Source: Alphaproteobacteria bacterium
Lineage (GTDB): Bacteria; Pseudomonadota; Alphaproteobacteria; JACZXZ01
Reading direction: 5' to 3'
Assembly: GCA_035294245.1 (NCBI GenBank)
Contig: DATGLG010000004.1
Location: 386,592 to 450,591 of the forward strand
Length of the DNA stretch: 64,000 bases
The notes below the pieces were generated by a model, which worked only from the letters and a program-made list of their open reading frames with translations, was not told the DNA's origin and did not search any database. Position numbers and translations under genes: made by a program. Within the stretch, counting starts at the first letter, position 1; each line of letters starts with the position of its first letter. Shown in pieces: positions 1 to 8,956 of this stretch.

Positions 1-1037
1 TGCCGACGCCGGAATTCATCCGCCGCGCCGCCAAGGACGCCCTCGACCGCGGCGAGACCTTCTACACCCACAAGCGCGGCACGCCGCCGCTGCGCCAGGC
101 CCTCGCCTCGTATATGAGTGGCCTCTACGGCAAGGAGATCGCCGTCGACCGCGTCACCGTGGCGACCGCCGGCATGAACGCCATCCTGGTGCTGATGGAG
201 CTCGTCCTCGACGCCGGCGACAATGTGGCGATGGTGACGCCGGCCTGGCCCAACGCCGCCGCGACGGTCGCCATCATGGGCGCCGAGCTGCGCGAGGTGG
301 CGCTCCGCCGGGCGCAGGGGCGCTGGCGCCTCGATCTCGACGAGCTCTTCGCCGCCGTCGATGGGCGCACGCGGATGATCTTCATCAACTCGCCGAGCAA
401 TCCCACCGGCTGGATGGTGAGCCGCGAGGAGCAGCGTGCGGTGCTCGATTTCTGCCGTGCGCGGAACATCTGGGTGCTCGCCGACGAGGTCTATGCGCGC
501 ATCGTCTATCACGGCAAGGCGGCGCCCTCGTTCCTCGAGATCGCCGAGCCCGACGACCCGCTCTTCGTCGCCAACAGCTTCTCCAAGGCCTGGGCCATGA
601 CCGGCTGGCGCATCGGCTGGATCACGGCACCTGCGGCCCTCGGCGACATCATCGGCGAGCTCGTCGGCTACAACACGAGCGGCGTGCCGACCTTCCTTCA
701 GCCCGCCGCGGTCACGGCCCTTCGGGACGGCGAGCCCTTCGTCGCCGAGATGGTCGAGCGCTGCCGGCGCGGCCGCGACATCGTCGCCGATCATCTCGCA
801 ACGCTGCCCCGCGTGCGCTTCGTCCCGCCCGAGGCGGCGTTCTACGCCTTCTTCGAGGTGGAGGGGATGAGCGACAGCCTCGCCATGGCGAAGCGCCTGG
901 TGCAGGAGGCGGGCGTCGGCATCGCGCCGGGTGCCGCCTTCGGCAAGGGCGGGGAGGGCTTCCTCCGCCTCTGCTTCGCCCAGGCGCCCGATCTCCTCGA
1001 GCGCGCCATGGCGCGCGTCAAGCGCGTGCTCGGGTGA
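1..1037 (+). CDS. Class I/II (AspC-family) PLP-dependent aminotransferase, 5' end outside the window
   Basis: Reading frame is open from base 1 (…RGETFYTHKRGTPPLRQALASYMSGLYG…). Family-typical motifs are present: NSPSNPTG and FSKAWAMTGWRIGW (Lys in SK). Stop TGA at 1035-1037 overlaps the next gene start (GTGA). Confidence 0.85.
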   Translation, partial: PTPEFIRRAAKDALDRGETFYTHKRGTPPLRQALASYMSGLYGKEIAVDRVTVATAGMNAILVLMELVLDAGDNVAMVTPAWPNAAATVAIMGAELREVALRRAQGRWRLDLDELFAAVDGRTRMIFINSPSNPTGWMVSREEQRAVLDFCRARNIWVLADEVYARIVYHGKAAPSFLEIAEPDDPLFVANSFSKAWAMTGWRIGWITAPAALGDIIGELVGYNTSGVPTFLQPAAVTALRDGEPFVAEMVERCRRGRDIVADHLATLPRVRFVPPEAAFYAFFEVEGMSDSLAMAKRLVQEAGVGIAPGAAFGKGGEGFLRLCFAQAPDLLERAMARVKRVLG

Positions 1038-2593
1038 GCGCCCGCGTCATGAACGGCGCCGAGAGCCTGGCCCGCACGCTGGTCGCGGGCGGCGTCGAGG
1101 TCTGCTTCACCAATCCCGGCACCTCGGAGATGCATTTCGTCGCCGCCCTCGACAAGGTCGAGGGCATGCGCTGCGTGCTGTGCCTCTTCGAGGGCGTCGC
1201 CACGGGGGCCGCCGACGGCTATGCGCGCATGGCGGAGAAGCCGGCCTCGACCCTGCTTCATCTCGGCCCGGGCCTCGCCAACGGCATCGCCAATCTCCAC
1301 AACGCCAAGCGGGCGCAGTCGCCCGTCGTCAACATCGTCGGCGAGCACGCCACCTATCACCGCGCCTATGATGCGCCGCTCACCGCCGATATCGAGGGGC
1401 TGGCGCGGCCGGTCTCGGCCTGGGTGCGCACGGCCATGGATGCGCGCAGCGTCGCCGCCGATGGCGCTGCCGCCATCGCCGCGGCGCGCGCCGCTCCCGG
1501 CCAGATCGCGACCCTGATTCTCCCCGCCGATACCGCGTGGAACGAGGGCGGCGGCATCGTCGCGGCACCACCGCCGCCGCCGCGTTCGCCCGTCACTGCG
1601 GCCGCCATCGATGCCGCGGCGCGGCGCTTGCGCAACGGCGAGCCGACCTTGATCCTTCTCGGCGGCGCGGCCCTGCGCGCCGAGGGCCTGGCGCTCGCCC
1701 AGCGCATCGCCGCGAAATCCGGCGCCCGCCTCCTCGCCCAGATGTCGAATGCCCGCCTCGAGCGCGGCGCCGGCCGCGTCGCGATCGAGCGCGTCCCCTA
1801 TCCCGTGGACCACGCCCTCGCGACGCTCAAGGAGGTACGGCAGCTCATCCTCGTCGGCGCGCGGGCGCCCGTCGCCTTCTTCGCCTATCCGGGCAAGCCG
1901 GGGGCGCTGACCCCGCCCGGCTGCGACATCCAATGCCTGGCAACGCCGCAGGAGGACGCCATCGGCGCGCTCGCCGCCCTTGCCGAGGCCATCGGCGCGC
2001 CGCGGCAGAACACGATCCCCACCCCGCCGCGGCCGCCGCTGCCGAGCGGCGGTCCGATCACCTCGGAGGCCATCGCCGCGACCCTGGGGGCGCTGCTGCC
2101 GGAGGGGGCCATCGTCTGCGACGAATCCGTCACCACCGGGCGCGGCTTCTTCCCGATGACCGCGGGTGCAGCGCCCCATGACTGGCTGCAGCTCACCGGC
2201 GGGGCCATCGGCGAGGGCATGCCGCTCGCCCTCGGCGCCGCCGTCGCCTGCCCGGGCCGCAAGGTGATCAATCTCGAGGCCGATGGCAGCGGCATGTACA
2301 CGCTGCAATCCCTCTGGACCCAGGCGCGGGAGGGCCTCAACGTCCTGACCCTGGTGTGGGCCAATCGCGCCTACGCCATCCTCCGCCACGAGCTCGCCAA
2401 TGTCGGCGCCGGGAATCCCGGGCGCAAGGCCCTCGACATACTGAGCCTGGGCAATCCCGATCTCGACTGGGTGAGCCTGGCCAGGGGCATGGGGGTCGAG
2501 GGCCGCCGCGCCGAGACCGTCGACGAGCTGGTGCGCGCCTTTCGCGCCGGCCTCGCCGCCCAGGGGCCGTTCCTCATCGAGGTGGTGCTCTGA
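1034..2593 (+). CDS. Thiamine-pyrophosphate-dependent enzyme (acetolactate synthase large subunit / benzoylformate decarboxylase-like), 519 aa
   Basis: N-terminal TPP-enzyme fold (LVAGGVEVCFTNPGTSEMHFVAAL). C-terminal TPP-binding region (GAIGEGMPLALGAA… INLEADGSGMY). The GTG start at 1034 overlaps the stop of the upstream aminotransferase; an alternative ATG lies at 1049. Confidence 0.8.
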   Translation: MSARVMNGAESLARTLVAGGVEVCFTNPGTSEMHFVAALDKVEGMRCVLCLFEGVATGAADGYARMAEKPASTLLHLGPGLANGIANLHNAKRAQSPVVNIVGEHATYHRAYDAPLTADIEGLARPVSAWVRTAMDARSVAADGAAAIAAARAAPGQIATLILPADTAWNEGGGIVAAPPPPPRSPVTAAAIDAAARRLRNGEPTLILLGGAALRAEGLALAQRIAAKSGARLLAQMSNARLERGAGRVAIERVPYPVDHALATLKEVRQLILVGARAPVAFFAYPGKPGALTPPGCDIQCLATPQEDAIGALAALAEAIGAPRQNTIPTPPRPPLPSGGPITSEAIAATLGALLPEGAIVCDESVTTGRGFFPMTAGAAPHDWLQLTGGAIGEGMPLALGAAVACPGRKVINLEADGSGMYTLQSLWTQAREGLNVLTLVWANRAYAILRHELANVGAGNPGRKALDILSLGNPDLDWVSLARGMGVEGRRAETVDELVRAFRAGLAAQGPFLIEVVL

Positions 2594-2662
2594 ACCGTTG
2601 CCGCCGTCGCGGCGGCGTCCCATATCAGGCGCACGGGGGGTGTCGGAGCGGCAGGCCTGCGG

Positions 2663-5062
2663 ATGCCTTTCGAGAACCACGCCCCCGGTTGGCCGGGCAT
2701 CCCCGCGCGATGGACCTCGAGCGCCAAGAGCGGCGTGGGCACCGCGCTCGGCGGCGAGAGCCGCGTCTGGTTCACGCTCAGCCACGGCATCCTCAACGAG
2801 TGCTACTACCCGCGCATCGACGAGGCCTGCACCCGCGACTTCGGCCTCATCGTCACCGACGGCCATGGCTTCTTCTCCGAGGAGAAGCGCGACTGCCGCA
2901 GCACCATCGGCCCGGTCGCCGACGGCGTGCCCGCCTTCCTCATTTCCAGCAGCTGCGAGCGCTACCGCATCGAGAAGCTGGTGCTCTCCGATCCCCATCG
3001 CGACGTGGTGCTGCAGCGGATCGCCTTCCACCCGCGCATCGGCGCCCTCGCCGATTATCGCCTCTACGCGCTGCTGGCGCCGCATCTCGTCAACCGCGGC
3101 ACCGGGAACAGCGCCTGGATCGACGAGTTCAAGGGCGAGCCGATGCTGTTCGCGGCGGGCAGCGGCTCGGCGCTGGCCGTCGCCTGCACGGCACCCTTCC
3201 TCGCCCGCAGCGCCGGCTTCGTCGGAGTCTCCGACGGTTGGCAGGATCTCGTCCGCCATTTCGAGCTGCGCTGGCGCTACGATCATGCGCGCGACGGCAA
3301 TGTGGCGCTCACGGGCGAGATCGACCTCGCCGCCTGCGACGGCCGCTTCTGCCTGGCGCTCGGCTTCGGGCGGCGCGCCGAGGAGGCCGCCCATCGCGCC
3401 CGCGCCAGCCTCGGCGACGGGATCGAGCAGGCGCTCGCGGATTACACGGCGGGCTGGCGCGCCTGGCAGGAGGGGCTGCTGCGCCTCGACACCCAGCGCC
3501 AGCCGGGCCCGCACAACACCTATCGCGTCGGCACCGCGGTGCTGCGCAGCCACGAGGCGGGCTCCTTCGCCGGCGGCTACATCGCCAGCCTCTCGGTGCC
3601 CTGGGGCTTCGCCAAGGGGGACGAGGATCTCGGCGGCTACCACCTCGTCTGGCCGCGCGATCTCGTCGAGACGGCGGGCGGCCTCCTCGCCGCGGGGGCG
3701 AGGCGGGAGGCGCGCCAGGTCATCAACTACCTCGCGACCATCCAGGAGGCGGATGGGCATTGGCCGCAGAATTGCTGGCTCGACGGCCGGCCCTATTGGG
3801 GCGGCATCCAGATGGACGAATGCGCCTTCCCCATCCTCCTCGTCGATCTCGCGCGGCGCGAGGGCGCTCTCTCCGACACGGCGCTGCCGGGACTCTGGCC
3901 GATGGTGGCGCGCGCCGCCGGCTATATCGTCCGCAACGGACCCGTGACCGGGCAGGATCGCTGGGAGGAGGATGGCGGCTATTCGCCCTTCACCTTGGCG
4001 GTCGAGATTGCGGCCCTTCTCGCCGCGGCCGAGCTCTGCGAGAAGCTCGGCGGGATCGGGCGCGCCGCCTATCTGCGCGAGACCGCCGATCTCTGGAACA
4101 GCCAGATCGAGCGCTGGATCTATGCGCGGGACACCGCGCTCGCCAAGAAGCTCGGCATCGCGGGCTATTACGTGCGCATTGCCCCGCCCGAGACCGCCGA
4201 CGGCGCCTCGCCCCTCGAAGGCTTCGTGCCGATCAAGAACCGCCCGCCCGCCGACAGCAGCCAGCCCGCCGCGCTCCTGGTGAGCCCCGACGCCCTGGCC
4301 CTCGTCCGCTTCGGGCTGCGCGCCCCCGACGATCCCCGCATCCTCGATACCATCCGCGCGATCGATGCCATGCTCAGGGTCGAGCTCGCGACCGGGCCGT
4401 GCTGGCACCGCTACAACGGCGACGGCTATGGCGAGCACGCGGATGGCGGCCCCTTCGACGGCACCGGGACAGGCCGCCTGTGGCCGCTCCTCACCGGTGA
4501 GCGCGCCCATTACGAGCTCGCCGCCGGCAACCGCGGCAAGGCCGAGACGCTGCTCGCGGCCTTCGAGAGCTTCGCCTCCGACGGCAGCCTGCTTCCCGAG
4601 CAGATCTGGGACGGCCCCGATATTCCGGAGCGCGAGCTCTTCCGCGGCCGCCCCTCGGGCTCGGCCATGCCCCTCGTCTGGGCCCATGCGGAGCACATCA
4701 AGCTGCTGCGCTCCCTGGCCGATGGCCGGGTCTTCGATGCGCCGCCCCAGCCGCTTCAGCGCTATGTCAAGGACGGCGTCGGCTCGCGCCACGCGGTATG
4801 GCGCTTCAATCACAAATGCCGCCAGCTGCCGGCCGGGAAGGTTCTTCGCGTGGAGCTGCCGGCCACCGCCGTCATTCACTGGAGCGCCGATGGGTGGCGC
4901 ACCACCCATGATGCGCCGACCGAGGACAGCGGCTTCGGCATCCATTTCGCCGATCTCGACACGGCGCGGCTGCGCGAGGGCGAGGCCGTCGTCTTCACCA
5001 TCTACTGGCCCGCGGAGCGGCGCTGGGAGGGCGTCGACTATCGTCTGACGGCGGCGGCGTGA
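2663..5062 (+). CDS. Bacterial glucoamylase / glucodextranase, glycoside hydrolase family 15 (799 aa)
   Basis: Long ORF with GH15-like N-terminal domain and (alpha/alpha)6 catalytic region. Typical motifs include YHLVWPRD, WEEDGGYSPFTLA and LPEQIWDG. Confidence 0.8.
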   Translation: MPFENHAPGWPGIPARWTSSAKSGVGTALGGESRVWFTLSHGILNECYYPRIDEACTRDFGLIVTDGHGFFSEEKRDCRSTIGPVADGVPAFLISSSCERYRIEKLVLSDPHRDVVLQRIAFHPRIGALADYRLYALLAPHLVNRGTGNSAWIDEFKGEPMLFAAGSGSALAVACTAPFLARSAGFVGVSDGWQDLVRHFELRWRYDHARDGNVALTGEIDLAACDGRFCLALGFGRRAEEAAHRARASLGDGIEQALADYTAGWRAWQEGLLRLDTQRQPGPHNTYRVGTAVLRSHEAGSFAGGYIASLSVPWGFAKGDEDLGGYHLVWPRDLVETAGGLLAAGARREARQVINYLATIQEADGHWPQNCWLDGRPYWGGIQMDECAFPILLVDLARREGALSDTALPGLWPMVARAAGYIVRNGPVTGQDRWEEDGGYSPFTLAVEIAALLAAAELCEKLGGIGRAAYLRETADLWNSQIERWIYARDTALAKKLGIAGYYVRIAPPETADGASPLEGFVPIKNRPPADSSQPAALLVSPDALALVRFGLRAPDDPRILDTIRAIDAMLRVELATGPCWHRYNGDGYGEHADGGPFDGTGTGRLWPLLTGERAHYELAAGNRGKAETLLAAFESFASDGSLLPEQIWDGPDIPERELFRGRPSGSAMPLVWAHAEHIKLLRSLADGRVFDAPPQPLQRYVKDGVGSRHAVWRFNHKCRQLPAGKVLRVELPATAVIHWSADGWRTTHDAPTEDSGFGIHFADLDTARLREGEAVVFTIYWPAERRWEGVDYRLTAAA

Positions 5063-5144
5063 GCCGCAGCACTCTCACGGGCTCTCGGGCTTGCCGCGGA
5101 TGAGGGCCTCGGGGTGGCGGTCCTTGGCAGGCCGGTCTTGGGCG

Positions 5145-5333
5145 TTACGACTTCCCGGCGTGCCGGGCTTTTCCCTTCCGCTTTGTCGAGGCCATCTTGC
5201 GCAGCTCCGTCTCGCTCATGGAGCTGTACATCGACTTCGCCGCCCCTTTGAGCTCGCGCACCTTCCTCTTCCCGCGCTTGGCGGAAAGGGCGGCGCCGGC
5301 GGCCATCTGCTGAGCCTTGGATCGTGCAGGCAT
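5145..5333 (-). CDS. Small basic protein, DUF3008 family (62 aa)
   Basis: MPARSKAQQMAAGAALSAKRGKRKVRELKGAAKSMYSSMSETELRKMASTKRKGKARHAGKS matches the DUF3008 pattern (KxQxxAMGAALAAKRG…ELKGASKxM…SMSExEL). The internal ATG at 5333 is chosen over the longer ORF start at 5468. Confidence 0.6.
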   Translation of the reverse strand: MPARSKAQQMAAGAALSAKRGKRKVRELKGAAKSMYSSMSETELRKMASTKRKGKARHAGKS

Positions 5334-5544
5334 GGGGACCTCGTCGCTTGTCGGGTACGTCGGGGATGAACGGCCGGGCCGCGTCGGGGTTCCGTCGCGA
5401 CTGGAAGACGGGCGCCGCCACGCCCTCGGGACTGGACCCCTGGGTCGGGCCGAAGGCAAGCCTGCCAAGCCGACGGCGATTTCTCAGGCTTTTCCTGCAA
5501 ATCTCGGCTAAAATAACGTGACGGATGGCCACGGCCGTCGCCGA

Positions 5545-5563
5545 TTAATATTAATGAATATTG
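5545..5563. promoter_or_regulatory. AT-rich perfect palindrome ATTAATATTAAT (+GAATATT) about 130 bp upstream of the LuxR-family gene; candidate operator
   Basis: Read directly from sequence: ccgATTAATATTAATGAATATTgcc. It is a 12-bp perfect palindrome embedded in otherwise >65% GC DNA. Confidence 0.35.
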
Positions 5564-5693
5564 CCCCGCCGGCGGCCCTCTGCGCGGCGATGGGCCGGAC
5601 GGGGGCGTCGGCCGGCAGCTTGCGGGTCATAATCGTCTCGCCGCGTGGGGGCGGCGCGACCGGCGTGCTTAGCGTCACGGCAATCGGGGATGG

Positions 5694-6836
5694 GTGGGGA
5701 CTCCGATGGACCTTGACACCTTCTCGCGTGTGACGAGCGGCATCTACGAGGCTGCGGTCGAGCCGGCAGCGTGGCCGCGCGCCCTCGATTCGATCGTGGC
5801 GCTCTTTCGCGGCCGGGGTGCGGCACTCGTCGCGCGGGACATGAGGAGCATGGCGGGGCACTGGATCTGCACCTACGAGCCCGAGGTCGAGCGCGAGTTC
5901 TTCGGGCCCTGGAAGCATCGCAACGTTTTCGCCAATCTTGCCCGCGCGCCGCGCCCCAGCGCCGTCGAGACCGACCAGCAGATGCTGCCCAAGCGCGAGC
6001 TTTTGCGCAGCGACTACTACAATGGCTTCCTGCGCCCGCTCGATTTCCATAGCGTGCTGATCCTGTGGCTCAAGCGCCGCGGCTCGGTGCAGCCCTCGCT
6101 GAGCATCGTGCGCGCGCGCAAAGCCGGCGAGTTCGACGCCGCCGATGTGGAGCTCGGGCGCCTGCTGCTGCCGCACTTGCAGCGGGCGGTGCAGCTCGAG
6201 CTGCGCCTCGGCCATCTCAATCTTGCCGAGGGCGGCGCCGCGGCGGCGCTCGACCTGCTGCTCGATGCCGTGATCATCATCGACGAGGGCGGCCACCCGG
6301 TCTTCTGCAATGCCGCTGCCGAGCGGCTGCTCGCCGAGGGCGACGGCCTCGCGCTCGAGGACGGCCGGTTCTCCGCGGCGACATCGTCCCTCACTGCGCG
6401 GCTCGAGGCGATCGTGGCGAAAGCCATCGGGTGTCGGAGAGAGGCGCCGGCGGGGGGTGCGATGCTGCTGCCGCGGCGGTCGAGCCCCTCGCCGCTGCGC
6501 CTCGTTGCCGTGCCGCTGCGCCGGCCGATCGATTGGCTGGCGCCGCGGCGGCCGGCGGCCTGCCTCTGCGTCGCCGATCCCGACCGGGAGCAAGGTGCTG
6601 CGCGCTGGGCCAGCGCGATGTTCAAGCTCACCGCGGCCGAGGTCGAGATCCTCGATGGTCTCCTCGCGGGGCACGAAGCGCGGGAGATCGGCGATCGTCT
6701 CGGCATCAGCTACAACACCGTCCGGGTGCACCTCGCGCATATCATGGCGAAGACCGGGACCCGGCGTCAGGCCGAGCTCATCCGCCTCCTGATGACCCTG
6801 CCGGCGATCGGCACGATCGCCGGCCTCATCGGCTGA
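5694..6836 (+). CDS. LuxR-family transcriptional regulator (C-terminal LuxR/FixJ HTH; N-terminal sensory domain of unknown type)
   Basis: C-terminus LTAAEVEILDGLLAGHEAREIGDRLGISYNTVRVHLAHIMAKTGTRRQAELIRL is a canonical LuxR-type HTH. The start could instead be the Met 4 codons downstream (MDLDTF…). Confidence 0.75.
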   Translation: MGTPMDLDTFSRVTSGIYEAAVEPAAWPRALDSIVALFRGRGAALVARDMRSMAGHWICTYEPEVEREFFGPWKHRNVFANLARAPRPSAVETDQQMLPKRELLRSDYYNGFLRPLDFHSVLILWLKRRGSVQPSLSIVRARKAGEFDAADVELGRLLLPHLQRAVQLELRLGHLNLAEGGAAAALDLLLDAVIIIDEGGHPVFCNAAAERLLAEGDGLALEDGRFSAATSSLTARLEAIVAKAIGCRREAPAGGAMLLPRRSSPSPLRLVAVPLRRPIDWLAPRRPAACLCVADPDREQGAARWASAMFKLTAAEVEILDGLLAGHEAREIGDRLGISYNTVRVHLAHIMAKTGTRRQAELIRLLMTLPAIGTIAGLIG

Positions 6837-7240
6837 CCTCGCCGCCTCCCTCCCGCGCGCCGGTCGCTGCGCGTGGCGTCGGAATCGCCGACTCATGCAT
6901 TTGCATTACGCGGAGCGGCGCGCTCGGAAATATCCTCGATTTTTCATCGAGCAAGCCCGCGAGGGCCGGGCCTCGGCCCAGCCGCGGCGCAGGAAAGCCT
7001 GTAAGCGCTCTCGTACAGCGGGACAGCGCCGCCCGACATCTTCAAGCGAATCGGCGTGAGCCGCGCCCCGGCCGGATCGTCCCTTCCCCAATCACCATCC
7101 GGATCGGCTCGCGAGCAACATCAACCGCTTAGCCGAGCAAGCGATCGCTCCTCGCGAGCCGCCGAATTTGGCACGCCTCTTGCTGCGTCTCTCTTGCAAG
7201 AAGGGATGGATAGAACCGTTTGGGAGAATGGGAGCAGCAC

Positions 7241-8272
7241 ATGCGCACGCGCCAAATCTTGCGAGCGACGGCCATCGCCGCCCTCTTCGCCGTGGGATCG
7301 ATGACGGCGGCCCATGCCGACACAATCTTCGGCGTGTCCGTCACGGCGAACTCGACGTCAAGCTTCGCACAGCCGGGCTGCGGCGTCGGCAGCAACGACT
7401 ACAATACGGTATTGGGTGCCAACCCCGCCCTCAGCACATCCACGGGTGCGCCGGCTTGCTCGGTCTCGCATTCCGGGCCGACCGCGCCGGGGCTGACCGC
7501 GGCTTCGGTCCAGAGCTCGGCCCAAAGCAACAACGGCGAGCTCGGCGGGCCGCCGGTCGGGTCGGCGTCGGCGCGCGCGGCGGCCGACCTCTCCACCGCC
7601 TCGCTGCACGCGTTCGGGACCGCTTCGGATCCGGGCTCCTTTGCCCAGGGAACCGCCACCGCCCAGTGGTGGGATTCGCTTCACTTCACCGTGGCCGGTG
7701 CTGCCGCAAGCACGGTCACCAATATCCCGGTCTTCTTCTCGGTCGATGGACGGCAATCACCCGGCCTTGGCTTCGAGAGCCAGGATACGAGCGTCACGGC
7801 GAACGTGCAGATCCTTGGCGGGCCCAGCGGCTGCTTCGACGGCTTTTTCGGCTGCAACGTGGTCCTGGGCGGCGCCGGAAACGTATCATGGTCGTCCAAT
7901 ACGTCCGGGAGCACGACGAGCGTCAGTTTCACGCCGCAGAGCTTCGGATTCAACTTCGTCGACTCCATCAACTGGGCCGCCGTGCCGATTACCGAGACCG
8001 CGAATGATTTCGAGGAAGAGGGCATCTTGTCCCTGACCGGCACCGATGCGCTTGTCAGTGTCGCCGCCGGCCTTTCCGTGAACGCCGAAATCGGCACCGC
8101 CGATTTCAGCGACACGGCATCGCTTTCCTTCCAGCTGCCGCCGGGCGTGACCTTCACTTCCGCCTCCGGCGTCTTCGATCAGCCGACTTCGGCCGTGCCC
8201 GAGCCGGGATCGTTGGCGCTGCTGGCGAGCGGGCTCCTGGCGCTCGGCGCCTTGCGCCGCCGGCGCCGATAG
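7241..8272 (+). CDS. PEP-CTERM sorting-domain secreted protein (exosortase substrate)
   Basis: Signal peptide MRTRQILRATAIAALFAVGSMTAAHA. C-terminus VPEPGSLALLASGLLALGALRRRRR = PEP motif + TM helix + Arg cluster. The body is Ser/Thr/Gly/Ala-rich. A GGGAG RBS lies 8 nt upstream of the ATG at 7241; the track ORF starts at 7220. Confidence 0.75.
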   Translation: MRTRQILRATAIAALFAVGSMTAAHADTIFGVSVTANSTSSFAQPGCGVGSNDYNTVLGANPALSTSTGAPACSVSHSGPTAPGLTAASVQSSAQSNNGELGGPPVGSASARAAADLSTASLHAFGTASDPGSFAQGTATAQWWDSLHFTVAGAAASTVTNIPVFFSVDGRQSPGLGFESQDTSVTANVQILGGPSGCFDGFFGCNVVLGGAGNVSWSSNTSGSTTSVSFTPQSFGFNFVDSINWAAVPITETANDFEEEGILSLTGTDALVSVAAGLSVNAEIGTADFSDTASLSFQLPPGVTFTSASGVFDQPTSAVPEPGSLALLASGLLALGALRRRRR

Positions 8273-8286
8273 CTCGCGGCCCGGAT

Positions 8287-8580
8287 GTCACCGCGAGGAG
8301 GCATCGCCGACGAAGCGATCCAGCGGCGAGCGACACATCTGCGGCTGGGTTGCTTCGCTCCGCTCGCAACGACGACTTGAGCGCGAAGCAAGATTGCGCC
8401 ATTTGCGCGATCGCCATGCGCAGCCGATCAGCAGCAGTCGAGCAGCCAGCGGAACACGAAGCCGGCCCCACCTCACCCGCTCCCCCGGATTGCATCCGGG
8501 GTTCGTTTCCCTCTCCGCCCCAAATTCGGGGCGGAGAGGGAGAGGAGCACCGCAGGTGCGACGAGGGTGAGGTGGGGGCT
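8287..8580. repeat. Composite palindromic intergenic repeat (unit X ~130 bp + diverged unit Y ~180 bp), copy 1
   Basis: Unit X (8288-8414) is ~95% identical to 9523-9650. Unit Y ends with the perfect palindrome CCCTCTCCGCCCCAAATTCGGGGCGGAGAGGG (8499-8530) flanked by the inverted repeats CCCCACCTCA…TGAGGTGGGG. Confidence 0.8.
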
Positions 8581-8633
8581 ATTATCGAAGCGATATCAGC
8601 GCGGTCGCACCGAAGGCCTCTGTAAAGCCTGTG

Positions 8634-8662
8634 TTGACATAAGTAAAGTCACACACTACATT
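8634..8662 (+). promoter_or_regulatory. Near-consensus sigma70 promoter for higBA (TTGACA-17 bp-TACATT)
   Basis: TTGACA at 8634-8639, a 17-nt spacer, and TACATT at 8657-8662, 7 nt upstream of the GTG start of higB. An imperfect inverted repeat TGAC…GTCA overlaps the -35/spacer, a possible HigA operator. Confidence 0.5.
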
Positions 8663-8668
8663 CTTGCA

Positions 8669-8944
8669 GTGATCAAGAGCTTCCGCAGCAAGGGCCTTGC
8701 CGAGCTTTGGAACACTGGCGTCAGCGGCAAGATCAGCCCGCCGCTACAGGAACGGATCAAGCGGCGGCTGCGGGCTCTTCATCAGGCGAGACGGCCAGAC
8801 GATATGAACGTTCCTGGGTTCGATTTTCATCGCCTCAGGGGCAAGCCCGTCCGCTATACAGTTCATGTCAATGGGCCCTGGTGCGTGACGTTCGAGTGGG
8901 CAGGCACGGACGCAATCCGCGTCGATTTGGAGCAGTATCATTGA
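8669..8944 (+). CDS. higB: HigB-like toxin (RelE/ParE superfamily, plasmid maintenance system killer), 91 aa
   Basis: V/MIKSFRSKGLAELWNTGVSGKISPPLQERIKRRLRALHQA…FHRLRGKPVRYTVHVNGPWCVTFEWAGTDAIRVDLEQYH fits the HigB pattern (IKSFxxKGLxxLF…I..N..WR..F.W…DV.YH). The GTG start is in frame and there is no upstream ATG. Confidence 0.75.
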   Translation: MIKSFRSKGLAELWNTGVSGKISPPLQERIKRRLRALHQARRPDDMNVPGFDFHRLRGKPVRYTVHVNGPWCVTFEWAGTDAIRVDLEQYH

Positions 8945-8956
8945 GTGGAGCCAATC

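Noticed and set aside
842-4945. 1367-aa ORF on the minus strand spanning the TPP-enzyme and glucoamylase genes
   Set aside because: It is antisense to two genes with clear family motifs, and Arg/Gly/Ala/Asp-rich with no recognisable domain. This is the typical stop-codon-poor antisense frame of >65% GC coding DNA. The same applies to 5508-6896(-), 10561-13119(-), 13180-15279(-), 16634-18109(-), 19799-21913(+), 47090-48664(-), 49338-50615(-), 50712-52142(-), 58791-60482(-), 61297-62919(-) and the many shorter overlapping ORFs.
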